Assembly: GCA_965277285.1 (NCBI GenBank)
Contig: OZ255721.1
Location: forward strand, 192,001-256,000
Direction: 5' to 3'
DNA from: Abditibacteriaceae bacterium
Lineage (GTDB): Bacteria > Armatimonadota > Abditibacteriia > Abditibacteriales > Abditibacteriaceae
DNA length: 64,000 bases
The notes below the pieces were generated by a model that saw only the letters and a list, made by a program, of their open reading frames with translations, had not been told where the DNA came from and searched no databases. A program made the translations under genes and the position numbers. This document shows positions 40,672 to 51,515 of the stretch, in pieces. Within the stretch, counting starts at the first letter, position 1. Each line of letters starts with the position of its first letter.

Positions 40672-40680
40672 TCAGACAAA

Positions 40681-40710
40681 AAAGCGCCACGCAGATTTGC
40701 GTGGCGCTTT
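40681..40710 (-). terminator. katE terminator
   Basis: aaagcgccacgca-gatt-tgcgtggcgcttt, with an A-run giving a U-tail on the minus strand. Confidence 0.7.
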
Positions 40711-40742
40711 CGAGTACTCGATTGGTCTTAAGCCGCACAACT

Positions 40743-42935
40743 TTATGCGGCAATAGTTTGCACATCCATGCGGTCGCGGAAACGATGTTGCGCGACCGCA
40801 TTAATCAGGTCGGTTGCGACGCTGAGCGCGTTGCCGTCCGGCGCGAGGAACACGCCAAGCGGCGCATTACTGTTCTGCTTGCCCATTTCGGTTGCCTTCA
40901 CTAAATTGACGCCTTCACCCGAAGCGGCGATGGCTTTGCCGTGCTTGTAGGCTTCGTCGATGAACTTGCGCGCATCGCCCATTTGCACCAGCGTGGCCGC
41001 GCTGGCGCCGCCCGGAACATAAACCGCGTCGAACAAAACCGAACTGCAGTTGGCGTAAGTTTTTTTGGCTTCAACGCTGCCGCTGTCGCCTGCGATGGTG
41101 CCGATGTGCGGCCCGACAACTTCGCCCAGAGCGCCTTCCGCCGCAAGTTTTTCCTGCATTGTCGCCACGCATTTCGCAGCGACGCCCGCCGCCACCAGGA
41201 TCGCCACTTTGCGGCCTTTGGGCGAAAGCGGCTGACCTTCGGCCTGACTTAAACCGCTGGTTTTCTGCAAACCGCCCGAAGCGCTGGTTTGCGAAACCGC
41301 ATCGGCCAGGGCTTTGATTTCTGCTGGAGAATCGGCTGTGCCGCCGGGCTTAACTTTGGCGCCCGGCAAGGTTTCACCCAAGGCCAGACCAATTTGCGCG
41401 GCCATAACTTCGTTGATTTGCGCCAGATGTCCGAGCATTCGCACGCGCACTTCGCGCGTCTCGACTTTGCTCATCTCAAATTGCAGCGCCTTCACGATAT
41501 GCTCTTTTTCGTGCTTGGCCATGCTGTTCCAGAAAAGTTTCGCCTGACCGTAATGGTCGCCGAAACTTTCGCTGCGCTCGCGCACTTTCGGCCCGCTGAT
41601 TTTCTCCTGATAAGAAGCGTAACCGGCGGCGTTGGTCGCTTCTGTGGGCGAATGACCGTCCAGCGAAGCGGGCGAGTAGGCGACGCGGCCTTTGTTGATC
41701 GTCGTGCGCATCTGTCCTTCGCGCTGGTTGTTGGAAAACGGACAAACCGGACGGTTGATCGGCAGTTCGTGGAAGTTGGGCGTGCCCAAACGCGAAATCT
41801 GCGTATCGAGATACGAAAAATTGCGACCTTGCAACAGCGGATCGTTGCTGAAATCGATGCCAGGCACGACGTTGGTCGTCATGAAGGCGACTTGCTCGGT
41901 CTCCGTAAAGTAGTTGTCGGGGTTGCGATTGAGCGTCATGCGCCCGATGCGCTGCAAAGGAATCAAATCTTCCGGCCAGATTTTGGTGGCGTCCAAAACA
42001 TCGAAATCGAACTTTTGTTCGTCGGCTTCAGGCAACAATTGCACTGCTAAATCCCACTGCGGATAATTGCCCATTTCAATGGCTTCCCATAAATCGCGGC
42101 GATGAAAATCGGGGTCTTGTCCGGCGATTTTGACGGCTTCGTCCCACACCAGCGAGTGCGCTCCGAGTACTGGTTTCCAGTGGAACTTGACGAAAGTCGA
42201 TTTGCCTTCGGCGTTAATCAGGCGGAAAGTGTGAACGCCAAAGCCGTCCATCATGGCGAAGGAGCGCGGAATCGAGCGGTCGCTCATCACCCACATTATC
42301 ATGTGCATCGATTCGGGCGTCAGCGAAATGAAATCGTAAAACGTGTCGTGCGCTGAAGCCGCCTGCGGGATTTCGTTGTTCGGTTCAGGCTTGACGGCGT
42401 GAATCAAGTCAGGAAATTTAATCGCGTCCTGAATAAAGAAAACGGGAATGTTGTTGCCGACCAAATCCCAGTTGCCTTCCTGCGTATACATTTTGACGGC
42501 GAAACCGCGCACGTCGCGCGCTGTGTCCGCCGAGCCGCGCGAACCGGCGACCGTCGAGAAGCGCAAGAATAATGGCGTCACGCGACTTGTATCGGTGAGA
42601 ACGCCAGCCATCGTATATTCCGACAACGATTTGTGCAACTCGAAAACGCCGTGCGCTGCCGCTCCGCGCGCATGAACCACGCGTTCGGGAATGCGCTCGT
42701 GGTCGAAATGCTGAATTTTTTCGCGCAGCACGAAATCTTCGAGCAAGGTCGGGCCGCGATGTCCAGCGCGCAGCGAATCCTGATCGGTGCTGATGACTTG
42801 ACCTTGATTGGTGGTCAAAGGCGGCGCGTCTTTGGTCGTGAAAGCGGCCAGGTCTTTGTCTTTGATGGTCGCGTCAGGCGCCTTGCCGTTGGAGGCGACG
42901 CCGTTGGTTTTCTTATCTTGAGATGCGTTTTTCAC
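40743..42935 (-). CDS. katE: Large-subunit catalase HPII with C-terminal DJ-1/GATase-like domain
   Basis: [26 protein letters not shown] and [14 protein letters not shown] start with GAGGAG RBS. Confidence 0.96.
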   Translation of the reverse strand: MKNASQDKKTNGVASNGKAPDATIKDKDLAAFTTKDAPPLTTNQGQVISTDQDSLRAGHRGPTLLEDFVLREKIQHFDHERIPERVVHARGAAAHGVFELHKSLSEYTMAGVLTDTSRVTPLFLRFSTVAGSRGSADTARDVRGFAVKMYTQEGNWDLVGNNIPVFFIQDAIKFPDLIHAVKPEPNNEIPQAASAHDTFYDFISLTPESMHMIMWVMSDRSIPRSFAMMDGFGVHTFRLINAEGKSTFVKFHWKPVLGAHSLVWDEAVKIAGQDPDFHRRDLWEAIEMGNYPQWDLAVQLLPEADEQKFDFDVLDATKIWPEDLIPLQRIGRMTLNRNPDNYFTETEQVAFMTTNVVPGIDFSNDPLLQGRNFSYLDTQISRLGTPNFHELPINRPVCPFSNNQREGQMRTTINKGRVAYSPASLDGHSPTEATNAAGYASYQEKISGPKVRERSESFGDHYGQAKLFWNSMAKHEKEHIVKALQFEMSKVETREVRVRMLGHLAQINEVMAAQIGLALGETLPGAKVKPGGTADSPAEIKALADAVSQTSASGGLQKTSGLSQAEGQPLSPKGRKVAILVAAGVAAKCVATMQEKLAAEGALGEVVGPHIGTIAGDSGSVEAKKTYANCSSVLFDAVYVPGGASAATLVQMGDARKFIDEAYKHGKAIAASGEGVNLVKATEMGKQNSNAPLGVFLAPDGNALSVATDLINAVAQHRFRDRMDVQTIAA

Positions 42936-43247
42936 AGAAAAATTCTCCTCTTATGAGCTTTGAACTCAAGGCGCGCGCAACGTGCATGAACGATGCCCGA
43001 TTCGCGCGAAGTGATGAAGAATCCTTAATGAAAACGACTAATGCTCCATGAACATGCAACTTTTAGCAGGAACGCTTTTGGTCAATGCTGTGTAACCAAT
43101 TCTCTCTATTACTATGTTGCGACTTGATCATTATCAAATGACCCGTTGCATATCGAGTACTCGATATGCAGCGGATGAATGAAAGAAGCACATAGTTAAA
43201 CGTGGTAGATAAAGCTTGTTGTAGAGCTTGCAGATACGGGTGATGAT

Positions 43248-45041
43248 ATGGACTTTTTTCGCAATTTATTTCATGGGACGCCGCGCGCGCTGCAAATGCG
43301 TTCTCCCGCCGACATGGAGCGTGAAATCGCGCAGCGACGGCAAGTCGAAGTTGAAATGCGAAGCGCGCACGATCAGCTGGAGTCGCGCGTTGCGGAGCGC
43401 ACCGCCGAATTACGCACCAGCGAAGACAGCTTCCGATTGCTCATTGAGGCCATGCCGCAAATTGTATGGACGGCGCGTCCCGACGGCTTTCTGGACTATT
43501 ACAATCAAAAGTGGATTGATTACACCGGCATGAGCGTGGAAGAAACTCAGGGCTGGGGCTGGCAGCCCGTTTTACATCCCGATGATGTGCAGCCTTGCTT
43601 AGACGCTTGGAGTCACGCAACGCAAAGCGGCGAAAACTATGAAATCGAGTACCGCTTCAAGCGGGCCTCGGATGGTTCCTATCGCTGGCACTTGGGGCGC
43701 GCTCTGCCGTTGCGCGACGAAACGGGAAACATTGTCAAGTGGTTCGGCACCGGCACCGATATCGACGATCAGAAAAAAGCGCAACAAGCGTTGCAAAGTT
43801 CTCACGAGGAATTGCAGCGTTTGGTGGAAGAGCGCACCGCCGCTTTGACGCACACTAACACCGCGCTGGAAAAGGCGAACGCAACGCTGCAAGAAGCAAT
43901 CGTTCATCGTCAGCGCCTGGAGAGCGAAGCGGAACACGTGTTTGATTTGTCGCTGGATAAGTTGTGTGTGGCCGGCTTCGACGGATATTTCAAGCGCCTC
44001 AATCCGGCCTGGGAAAAAGCGTTGGGTTACAGCCGCGAGGAATTGATGTCCCGACCTTATCTCGATTTTGTGCATCCCGACGACCGCGGGGAAACCGTAT
44101 CTGAAACACAGCAACAGGCGGCGGGCCAGAACACCGAATTGTTTGAAAACCGCTTTCGCTGCAAGAATGGCTCTTATCGTTGGCTGGCGTGGCGTGCCAG
44201 AGTGGTACCCGAAGAGCAACTTGTTTATGCTTCGGCTCGTGACATTACCGAAAATAAAAGAGCCCAGCAAAACCTGCGAGCGACCATGCTCCAATTGGAG
44301 CGCTCCAATGGCGAACTGCAGAATTTCGCTTCCATTGCCTCGCACGATTTGCAAGAGCCGTTGCGCGCCATTCAAGCTTTTGGCGACCGCTTGCAAACCC
44401 GACATAGTGCAGAGCTGAGCGAAGAAGCCCGCGATTACCTGACGCGCATGCAAAACGCCGCGAACCGAATGCGTTCGCTGATCCAAGACTTGCTCGAGTA
44501 CTCGCGCATCACGACGAGAGTGCGCCCTTTTACACCAGTCGATTTGACTACGACAATCCAAGGCGTTATGTCCGACCTGACGGTTCGGTTGGAAGAAAGC
44601 GGAGGCCACGTCGAAATCGGCGAACTGCCAGCGATCGAAGCCGACGCCACGCAAATGCGCCAGCTCTTCCAAAACCTCATCGGCAACGCCTTGAAGTTTC
44701 ATCGCGCGGGTGTTCCACCTCTGGTCAAGATTTACCTGCAGGCGGAAGCGCCAAATAGCGGTGGACCGAAAGATGGTGAGGAACACGTTGTTCGTATCAT
44801 TGTGGAAGACAACGGCATCGGCTTCGACGAGAAGTTCGTGGATCGTATTTTTACGCCTTTCGAGCGACTGCATAATCAACGCGATTACAGCGGAACCGGC
44901 ATCGGCCTGGCGATCTGTCGCAAAATCGCTGAACGCCATGGTGGGAGCCTTTCGGCCAAAAGCGTGCAAGGACAAGGCAGTAAGTTTTTGATTGTATTAC
45001 CAATTCGACAGGCGGAAACCACGCTTGAAAGCGTAGAGTAA
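43248..45041 (+). CDS. PAS-PAS sensor histidine kinase
   Basis: Two PAS domains; ASHDLQEPLR H-box; QNLIGNALKF, DNGIG and GTGIGLAIC. Confidence 0.95.
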   Translation: MDFFRNLFHGTPRALQMRSPADMEREIAQRRQVEVEMRSAHDQLESRVAERTAELRTSEDSFRLLIEAMPQIVWTARPDGFLDYYNQKWIDYTGMSVEETQGWGWQPVLHPDDVQPCLDAWSHATQSGENYEIEYRFKRASDGSYRWHLGRALPLRDETGNIVKWFGTGTDIDDQKKAQQALQSSHEELQRLVEERTAALTHTNTALEKANATLQEAIVHRQRLESEAEHVFDLSLDKLCVAGFDGYFKRLNPAWEKALGYSREELMSRPYLDFVHPDDRGETVSETQQQAAGQNTELFENRFRCKNGSYRWLAWRARVVPEEQLVYASARDITENKRAQQNLRATMLQLERSNGELQNFASIASHDLQEPLRAIQAFGDRLQTRHSAELSEEARDYLTRMQNAANRMRSLIQDLLEYSRITTRVRPFTPVDLTTTIQGVMSDLTVRLEESGGHVEIGELPAIEADATQMRQLFQNLIGNALKFHRAGVPPLVKIYLQAEAPNSGGPKDGEEHVVRIIVEDNGIGFDEKFVDRIFTPFERLHNQRDYSGTGIGLAICRKIAERHGGSLSAKSVQGQGSKFLIVLPIRQAETTLESVE

Positions 45042-45127
45042 GCATTCGCCCGCGTATTTTACACGTATTCTCAAGATGCGTTTCAAGTGCGTTTTCGGGC
45101 TTTTATTGTGAGAAGGTGTAATTGTGA

Positions 45128-45213
45128 GAAGGTGTATAGGAATTGTAAAAGAGACTGACAAACTGCTGTTTTTAAACGGTTTCTGTAACTTTTTTGCTTT
45201 CCTATCCATCCTC
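45128..45213. mobile_element. Miniature element with ends matching the IS5 TIR
   Basis: gaaggtgtataggaa ... ttcctatccatcctc (14/15 and 13/15 identical to the IS TIR at 39815/40671). Confidence 0.6.
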
Positions 45214-45248
45214 TGCAGGCAAAGTCTTTTTAGATAGCAGGAACGATT

Positions 45249-45719
45249 ATGCATACAAGAGATATTCCATTGAAACCAATCACGATTCTGATGGCCGATG
45301 ATAGCGACGACGACCGGATGATGACGCGCGAAGCGTTGCAGGAAAGTTTCGTCATCAACGAACTGCGCGAAGTGGAGGATGGCGAGGAGTTGATGGACTA
45401 CCTTCATCGACGTGGCAAATACAGCGATCCTCAAAGCGCGCCGCGCCCCGGCTTGATTTTGCTCGACCTCAATATGCCGCGCAAAAGCGGACAGGAAGCG
45501 TTGCAGGAAATCAAAAATGACGCTGCGCTGCGCAGCATTCCCATTGTGGTTTTGACAACTTCCAACGACGAACACGACATCCTGCGCTCGTACAATCTGG
45601 GCGTCAATTCGTTCATTACCAAGCCGGTGACCTTCGATGGCCTGGTCGAAGTGATGAAGGCTTTCGGAAGATACTGGATTGAAATTGTGGCGATTCCTCA
45701 ATGCGACGAATGTGAATGA
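45249..45719 (+). CDS. Single-domain response regulator (Rcp1-like)
   Basis: ILMADD, ILLDLNMP, VLTTS and ITKP. Confidence 0.95.
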   Translation: MHTRDIPLKPITILMADDSDDDRMMTREALQESFVINELREVEDGEELMDYLHRRGKYSDPQSAPRPGLILLDLNMPRKSGQEALQEIKNDAALRSIPIVVLTTSNDEHDILRSYNLGVNSFITKPVTFDGLVEVMKAFGRYWIEIVAIPQCDECE

Positions 45720-45806
45720 AACGAATGTCAATACGACGACTGCGAATAATCTGAATGCGCGCTGTAGCAATCGAGTACTCGATAGAGCCTGCGACAGCGT
45801 TGAACG

Positions 45807-45881
45807 GCGGAAGTTGCGAAAGCGGAAGTTGCGAAAGCGGAAGTTGCGAAAGCGGAAGTTGCGAAAGCGGAAGTTGCGAAA
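45807..45881. repeat. Perfect 15-bp tandem repeat x5 (GCGGAAGTTGCGAAA)
   Basis: Five exact units ending 1 bp before ATG 45883. Confidence 0.95.
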
Positions 45882-45882
45882 A

Positions 45883-48800
45883 ATGGACAATCTTTTGTAT
45901 CGAGTTTTGCTGGTGGAAGACAACGAGGACGATTATCTCATCGTGCGTGATTTGCTGCGGGACATCACGACGACCGCGTACGATCTCCAGTGGGTGCCGA
46001 CTTACGAAGCGGCTCGCCAAGTGTTGACCTGCGACCAGTATGATGTTTGTCTTCTCGATTATCGCCTGGGCGCGGCCACCGGCGTGGATCTCGTGCGCGA
46101 GTTTGCCTCGGGCACGGCGCCTTTCATTTTGCTGACGGGGAACGAGGATTACGAAGTCGATGTCGAGGCGGCCAAAGCGGGCGCTGCCGATTATTTGCTG
46201 AAGGGCCATATCAACGCGCTGCTTTTGGAGCGCGCCATTCGCTACGCCATCGAGCGCAAGCGTGCCGAACAAAAAGTGCTGGCTACCGAAGTTCGCTATC
46301 GTCGGCTTTTTGAATCGGCGCACGACGGCATTTTGATTCTCGATGCCGCGACTTGCAAAATCACCGATGTCAATCCTTATTTGATGGAATTGCTGGAATA
46401 TTCGCGCGAGGAGTTGCTGGGCAAGGAGTTGTGGGAAATCGGCTTGCTCGAAGATGCGCAAGCCAGCAACGCGGCGTTTCGAGTACTCGAAGAGCGCGGC
46501 TATATGCGCTACGACGATTTGCCGCTGGAAACCAAAGCGGGCGAGCGCCGCGAAGTCGAGTTCGTGAGCAATGTTTACGGCGAAAATGGTCATCGCGTGA
46601 TTCAATGCAATATCCGCGACATTACCGAGCGCAATCGGGCGAAGCGCGTCGAACACGAATCGCAGCGTTTTTTGCAGGCGACGCTGGATGCGCTCTCGTC
46701 GCACATCGCCGTACTCGATGAGACTGGAGAAATCGTCGCCGTCAACAAAGCGTGGCAACAGTTTGCTCAAGAAAACGGTGGTAGCGCCCGTCGTTGTGAA
46801 GTTGGGGCGAATTACATTGAGGTTTGCGAAAGAGTGGTGGGCGAGCGCATTGACGAAGGCCTCAAGGTGGCCTGTGGCATTCGAGAAGTGATGGCGGGGC
46901 AACACGAGGCGTTTTGCCTGGAATATCCGTGTCACAGCCCGGGTGAAAAATGCTGGTTCAATGTTTGCGTGACGCGCTTTGTCGGCGAAGGGCCGGTGCG
47001 CGTCGTTGTCGCGCATGAGAATATTACCGCCAGCAAACTGGCCGAGATCAAGTTGTTGCGCAGCGAGGCGCGCTTTCGCACGGCGATTACCGAAGCGCCG
47101 CTTCCGCTTATTATCCACCGCGAGGACGGCCAAGTCCTGCAAATCAGCAAGGGCTGGACGCAATATTCCGGCTATACAATCGAGGATATTCCGACCATCC
47201 ACGACTGGGTCGAGCGCGCCTACGGCAAAAGCAGCGTCCAGGCTCAGGAATATATCGACGAGTTGTATCAAATCACAGAGCCTCGAGACGAAGGCGAATG
47301 GACGGTCAATGCCAAAAACGGCAAGCCGCGCATCTGGGATTTTCGCTCGACGCCGCTTGGAACTTTCGGCGACCACAATCATGTCGTGATCAGCGCCGCG
47401 ATTGATGTGACCGAGCGCAAACAAGCCGAAGAAAAATTGCGCGCCAGCCAGGCGAACCTTGCCATGGCGCAGCAGGTCGCTCACATGGGAAGCTGGGAAA
47501 TCGATGTCGCGGACTTGGATGACATGAGTAAAAACGCGCTTCACTGGTCGGATGAAGTGTTTCGCATTTTCGGTTACCAACCCGGACAAATCGAAGTTTC
47601 TATCGAAAATTTTCTCTGCGCCGTGCATCCTGACGACCGCGAACTTATTGCGTCGGCTATGTCACAAGCCTTGCATGAAAACAAACTCTACAGCCTCGAC
47701 CATCGAATTATTCTACCGGATGGCGAACACCGCGTCGTTCACGAGCAAGCAAAAATCGTTTTTGACGAACAAACCGGCACGCCCCTGAAAGTGGTGGGTG
47801 CAGTTCAAGATATCACCGAGCAAAAGCAGGCCGAAACGCGGTTGCGCGAGCGCGAGGAATTTCAACGCGTGCTGCTGGGAAACTTACCCAACGGTTCCAT
47901 CAGCGTCTTTGACCGCGATTTGCGCTACATCCTGGCCGCTGGTCGTAACTGGGAAATGCTCGGCATTGCGCCCGAGCAAGTTATTGGGAAGACACCCGAA
48001 GAAACCTTTATATCTGATCAGGCGAGCCGCGCGATGTCGTATTATCGTCGAGTACTCGATGGCGAGAGCGTGGAGTTTGAACTGATTCATGGCGGACGGT
48101 TTTACAACATCAGCGCGACGCCGATCTATGACCAGGAAGATAATGTCGTCAACGTTCTCGCGGTATCGCAAAATATTACCGAGCGTAAGCAAGCCGAAGT
48201 CGCTCTGGTGCAGGCCGAAGAACGTTATCGCAGCATTTTCGAGAACGCGGTTCAAGGTATCTTTCAAAGCGATGCGCAAGGTCATTATCTCAGCGCCAAC
48301 TTTGCTCTGGCCAAGATGTACGGTTACGATTCGCCCGACACATTAATGAACGAATTAACCGACATTTCCCAGCACCTTTATGTCGAACCAGAACGACGCG
48401 AAGAGTTCACGCGGCTTATGGCGCGCCACGACCGCGTTTCCAAATTCGAGTCACCTGTGCGATGCACAGATGGGACTGTCATCTGGATTTCGGAAGAAGC
48501 ACGCACCGTGCGCGATGAATGTGGCGAATTGATGTATTACGAAGGCACGGTGGAGGACATCACCGTGCGCAAGCAGGCCGAGAACGCGCTGCGTTATAGC
48601 GAAGAAAAATATCGTTCACTTGCCTTGGCGACGAGCCAAATTGTATGGTCTACGCCCGCTGATGGGATGGTGGAAGATATGCCGGCTTGGCGTGCTTATA
48701 CTGGTCAGAGTGTGGAGGAAGTGCGAGGCTGGGGTTGGACAACGGCGTTGCATCCTGATGACTTGGAAGCGACATGCAATACTTGGTTGCATTGTGTCGC

Positions 48801-51003
48801 AGCCAAGTGCCACTATGAAACCGAGTACCGCATTCGAGCCGCAAACGGCCGATACCGCCTCTTTGCAGTGCGCGGAGTGCCGGTTTTGAGAAGCGACGGC
48901 AGCATTCGGGAATGGGTTGGCACGTGCGCCGATATTCAGGATCGCAGAGTGGCCGAAGAAGAACGCGACCGTTTCTTCACGCTTTCGCTCGATATGCTGG
49001 CCATTATCAGCAGCGATGGCTACATAAAACGGCTTAATCCGGCTTTTGGAGCAACGCTTGGCTTTTCAAATGAGGAAATGATGACCGTGCCGTTCTTGGA
49101 TTTCGTGCATCCTGATGACCATGCGGCGACCCTGGCGGAACAAAAGAAATTGGAAGCTGGCGCCAAGGTCATGTTGTTCGAGAACCGCTATCGCTGCCGA
49201 GACGGTTCTTACAAGTGGCTGCGCTGGACGTGCGCGCCATCGGGCGATTTGTGGTATTGCGTGGCCCACGACATTACGAGCATCAAGAAGTCTGCCGCAG
49301 CTTTGCACAAAGCTAACGACGAACTGGAAGCGCACGTTATGGAGCGCACTGCCGAATTGGGAGCCGCCAATGACATGCTGCACGCGGAACTTACGGAGCG
49401 CCGTCGCACCGAAGAAGCCTTGCGCGAAGCTCAGCAAATGTTGGAGTTGGTGATGAACCAGATCCCGCAAGCCATCTTCTGGAAAGATCGCCACTGCCTA
49501 TTTCTGGGGTGCAATTATCGCCTGGCGGCGGATGCGGGCTTTAATTCGCCCGAAGAAGTCAAGGGTAAAAGCGACTTCGATCTGCCTTGGGCCGAATATG
49601 CGGCAGATTATCAAGCCGATGACCAATTGGTCATGGAAACTAATACTCCCAAGTTCAATATCGAAGAGCATTCCTACCAGGCTAACGGTAAGGTCGTGTG
49701 GCTGCGCACCAACAAGATTCCACTCCATGACAGCGAAAACCAGGTGGTCGGTGTTTTGTGCAGTTACGAAGACATAACAGAGCAAAAACGCGCTGTGGCC
49801 GCAATTCAGGAAGCGCGACGCGAAGCCGATGCCGCCAACCTCGCTAAAAGCGAGTTTCTTTCGCGCATGAGCCATGAGCTGCGCACGCCACTTAACGCCA
49901 TTCTGGGCTTTGGTCAAATTCTCAATAAGGAAGCTTTGACGCCTTTGGCCAAAGAAAGTGTTGATTACATAATCCGCGGCGGGCGTCATTTGCTGGGCTT
50001 GGTCAACGAGATTTTAGACATCGCCAGCGTTGAAGCGGGCCGCCTCGAGCTTTCCCTCGAAGTCATTGCGCTCAATGATGTTGTGCCCGAAGCCTGCGCC
50101 CTGGTGCGACCACTCGCAGCAGAGCGCAACATCCTCATCAATGAAAGCAGTGGCGCGTGGCACGGCAATTACATTCTGGCTGATCGACAGCGGCTCAAGC
50201 AAGTTCTCATCAACCTGATCTCCAACGCCATCAAATATAATCGTGAGGACGGAGAAGTCGAAATTTCTTGCGACCAAAAGCCGGATGGCTGTATTTCCGT
50301 GGCCGTTCGTGATACCGGTCTGGGCATCGCACCCCATGACCTTTCAAAGCTCTTCACGCCCTTCGAGCGATTGAATGCCGCGACAGCACAAATCGAAGGC
50401 ACCGGATTGGGACTGGTGTTATCGCAACGCATGATAACGGCTATGGGCGGTGTGCTGAGGGTCGAGAGTGTTGTGGGTCAGGGCACGACGTTCATCTTTG
50501 AGTTGCCACAAGCCGACCCGCCGGAAGAACAGCTGGCCAGTCTGTCGAAAGTTGCTCCCGATGCCGGTGCCAACTGGTCAGCCGAACACACGTATTCCGT
50601 TCTCTGCATCGAAGACAATCCGTCCAACCTGCGCTTGATGGAAGCCATTTTTCAAGATCGTCCAGAAATTACCCTGTTATCTGCAATTCAAGGCAGCATA
50701 GGCTTGGAAATGGCGCGCCAGCATGAACCCGATCTGATTCTTCTCGACTTGAACTTGCCCGACATTCACGGCAAAGACGTTTTGACGCGCTTGCAACAAT
50801 CGGCGATTACCAGGGATATCCCGGTCGTGATCGTCAGTGCCGATGCGACTTCGGGTCAGGTCGAGCGATTGTTGAGCGCGGGCGCCAAAGATTATTTGAC
50901 AAAGCCGCTCAACGTCAATCAGTTCCTCCTTACCGTGGATAAATTACTGCGCACCACACCGGAACCTGATACAGAATCGAGTACTGGAAATGCGGCTGGA
51001 TAA
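45883..51003 (+). CDS. Hybrid histidine kinase: REC - about 9 PAS - HisKA - HATPase - REC
   Basis: VLLVEDNEDD..LLDYRL; repeated DITERK/DITEQK PAC ends; MSHELRTPLN; C-terminal CIEDN..LLDLNLP..TKP. Confidence 0.93.
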   Translation: MDNLLYRVLLVEDNEDDYLIVRDLLRDITTTAYDLQWVPTYEAARQVLTCDQYDVCLLDYRLGAATGVDLVREFASGTAPFILLTGNEDYEVDVEAAKAGAADYLLKGHINALLLERAIRYAIERKRAEQKVLATEVRYRRLFESAHDGILILDAATCKITDVNPYLMELLEYSREELLGKELWEIGLLEDAQASNAAFRVLEERGYMRYDDLPLETKAGERREVEFVSNVYGENGHRVIQCNIRDITERNRAKRVEHESQRFLQATLDALSSHIAVLDETGEIVAVNKAWQQFAQENGGSARRCEVGANYIEVCERVVGERIDEGLKVACGIREVMAGQHEAFCLEYPCHSPGEKCWFNVCVTRFVGEGPVRVVVAHENITASKLAEIKLLRSEARFRTAITEAPLPLIIHREDGQVLQISKGWTQYSGYTIEDIPTIHDWVERAYGKSSVQAQEYIDELYQITEPRDEGEWTVNAKNGKPRIWDFRSTPLGTFGDHNHVVISAAIDVTERKQAEEKLRASQANLAMAQQVAHMGSWEIDVADLDDMSKNALHWSDEVFRIFGYQPGQIEVSIENFLCAVHPDDRELIASAMSQALHENKLYSLDHRIILPDGEHRVVHEQAKIVFDEQTGTPLKVVGAVQDITEQKQAETRLREREEFQRVLLGNLPNGSISVFDRDLRYILAAGRNWEMLGIAPEQVIGKTPEETFISDQASRAMSYYRRVLDGESVEFELIHGGRFYNISATPIYDQEDNVVNVLAVSQNITERKQAEVALVQAEERYRSIFENAVQGIFQSDAQGHYLSANFALAKMYGYDSPDTLMNELTDISQHLYVEPERREEFTRLMARHDRVSKFESPVRCTDGTVIWISEEARTVRDECGELMYYEGTVEDITVRKQAENALRYSEEKYRSLALATSQIVWSTPADGMVEDMPAWRAYTGQSVEEVRGWGWTTALHPDDLEATCNTWLHCVAAKCHYETEYRIRAANGRYRLFAVRGVPVLRSDGSIREWVGTCADIQDRRVAEEERDRFFTLSLDMLAIISSDGYIKRLNPAFGATLGFSNEEMMTVPFLDFVHPDDHAATLAEQKKLEAGAKVMLFENRYRCRDGSYKWLRWTCAPSGDLWYCVAHDITSIKKSAAALHKANDELEAHVMERTAELGAANDMLHAELTERRRTEEALREAQQMLELVMNQIPQAIFWKDRHCLFLGCNYRLAADAGFNSPEEVKGKSDFDLPWAEYAADYQADDQLVMETNTPKFNIEEHSYQANGKVVWLRTNKIPLHDSENQVVGVLCSYEDITEQKRAVAAIQEARREADAANLAKSEFLSRMSHELRTPLNAILGFGQILNKEALTPLAKESVDYIIRGGRHLLGLVNEILDIASVEAGRLELSLEVIALNDVVPEACALVRPLAAERNILINESSGAWHGNYILADRQRLKQVLINLISNAIKYNREDGEVEISCDQKPDGCISVAVRDTGLGIAPHDLSKLFTPFERLNAATAQIEGTGLGLVLSQRMITAMGGVLRVESVVGQGTTFIFELPQADPPEEQLASLSKVAPDAGANWSAEHTYSVLCIEDNPSNLRLMEAIFQDRPEITLLSAIQGSIGLEMARQHEPDLILLDLNLPDIHGKDVLTRLQQSAITRDIPVVIVSADATSGQVERLLSAGAKDYLTKPLNVNQFLLTVDKLLRTTPEPDTESSTGNAAG

Positions 51004-51027
51004 TGCCAGAAAGTGTTTTTAAGCACG

Positions 51028-51063
51028 AAAAAGCCAGTTCTTATTGAAAAGAACTGGCTTTTT
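51028..51063. terminator. Bidirectional terminator between the kinase and the tRNA
   Basis: aaaaagccagttctt-loop-aagaactggcttttt. Confidence 0.85.
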
Positions 51064-51077
51064 ACAATTGAAAGTTT

Positions 51078-51152
51078 TGGCTGCCCGAGCAAGATTCGAA
51101 CTTGCGACCAATCGATTAACAGTCGACCGCTCTACCACTGAGCTATCGGGCA
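51078..51152 (-). tRNA. tRNA-Asn (GTT)
   Basis: Reverse complement TGCCCGATAGCTCAGTGGTAGAGCGGTCGACT-GTT-AATCGATTGGTCGCAAGTTCGAATCTTGCTCGGGCAGCCA: cloverleaf with encoded CCA. Confidence 0.97.
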
Positions 51153-51515
51153 AAATTGTGATGCGACAACGTGCGTTACAACGCTGTATTTATGAAACGC
51201 CAAAAACGAAACGCTCCGCACATTTTAGCAAGGTGCCAGAGACGGCGCAAGACCTCACGCTACTCTCAGTCAATTCTCTGCGACTTTTGTTTTGGATTTA
51301 TTCCTGGCAGGTGCGCAAAGTCTTGTTATCCTTTGCTTGGCAGGCACTTACAAGAAACTTGCGTTGAAACTTTTCTTAAAACCTCTGGCAAAAGTCGGAG
51401 TTTGCGTCATTTTTCGGCTACGCTCGGAATGGCACATTGAAAGTTAGCGCCTTCGATCCCACTTTCCAACTTATGCCAGAAGTCCTTATTTGTTTGGGTA
51501 CCGAAGAAAACACGT

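Noticed and set aside
45679..45882. N-terminal extension of the hybrid kinase as given in the ORF track
   Set aside because: It overlaps the upstream gene and consists of repeat-derived sequence; the receiver domain begins at ATG 45883, taken as the likelier start.
45616..47628. Long antisense ORFs (670 aa here; also 28685-30253, 43599-44975, 7740-8891)
   Set aside because: Shadow frames opposite well-supported genes, with no recognisable motifs.
39536..51152. Genomic island integrated at the 3' end of tRNA-Asn
   Set aside because: No integrase and no duplicated tRNA 3' end (att) seen; the region carries the resident palindrome at 40710, 43153, 45771, 46479 and 48048.
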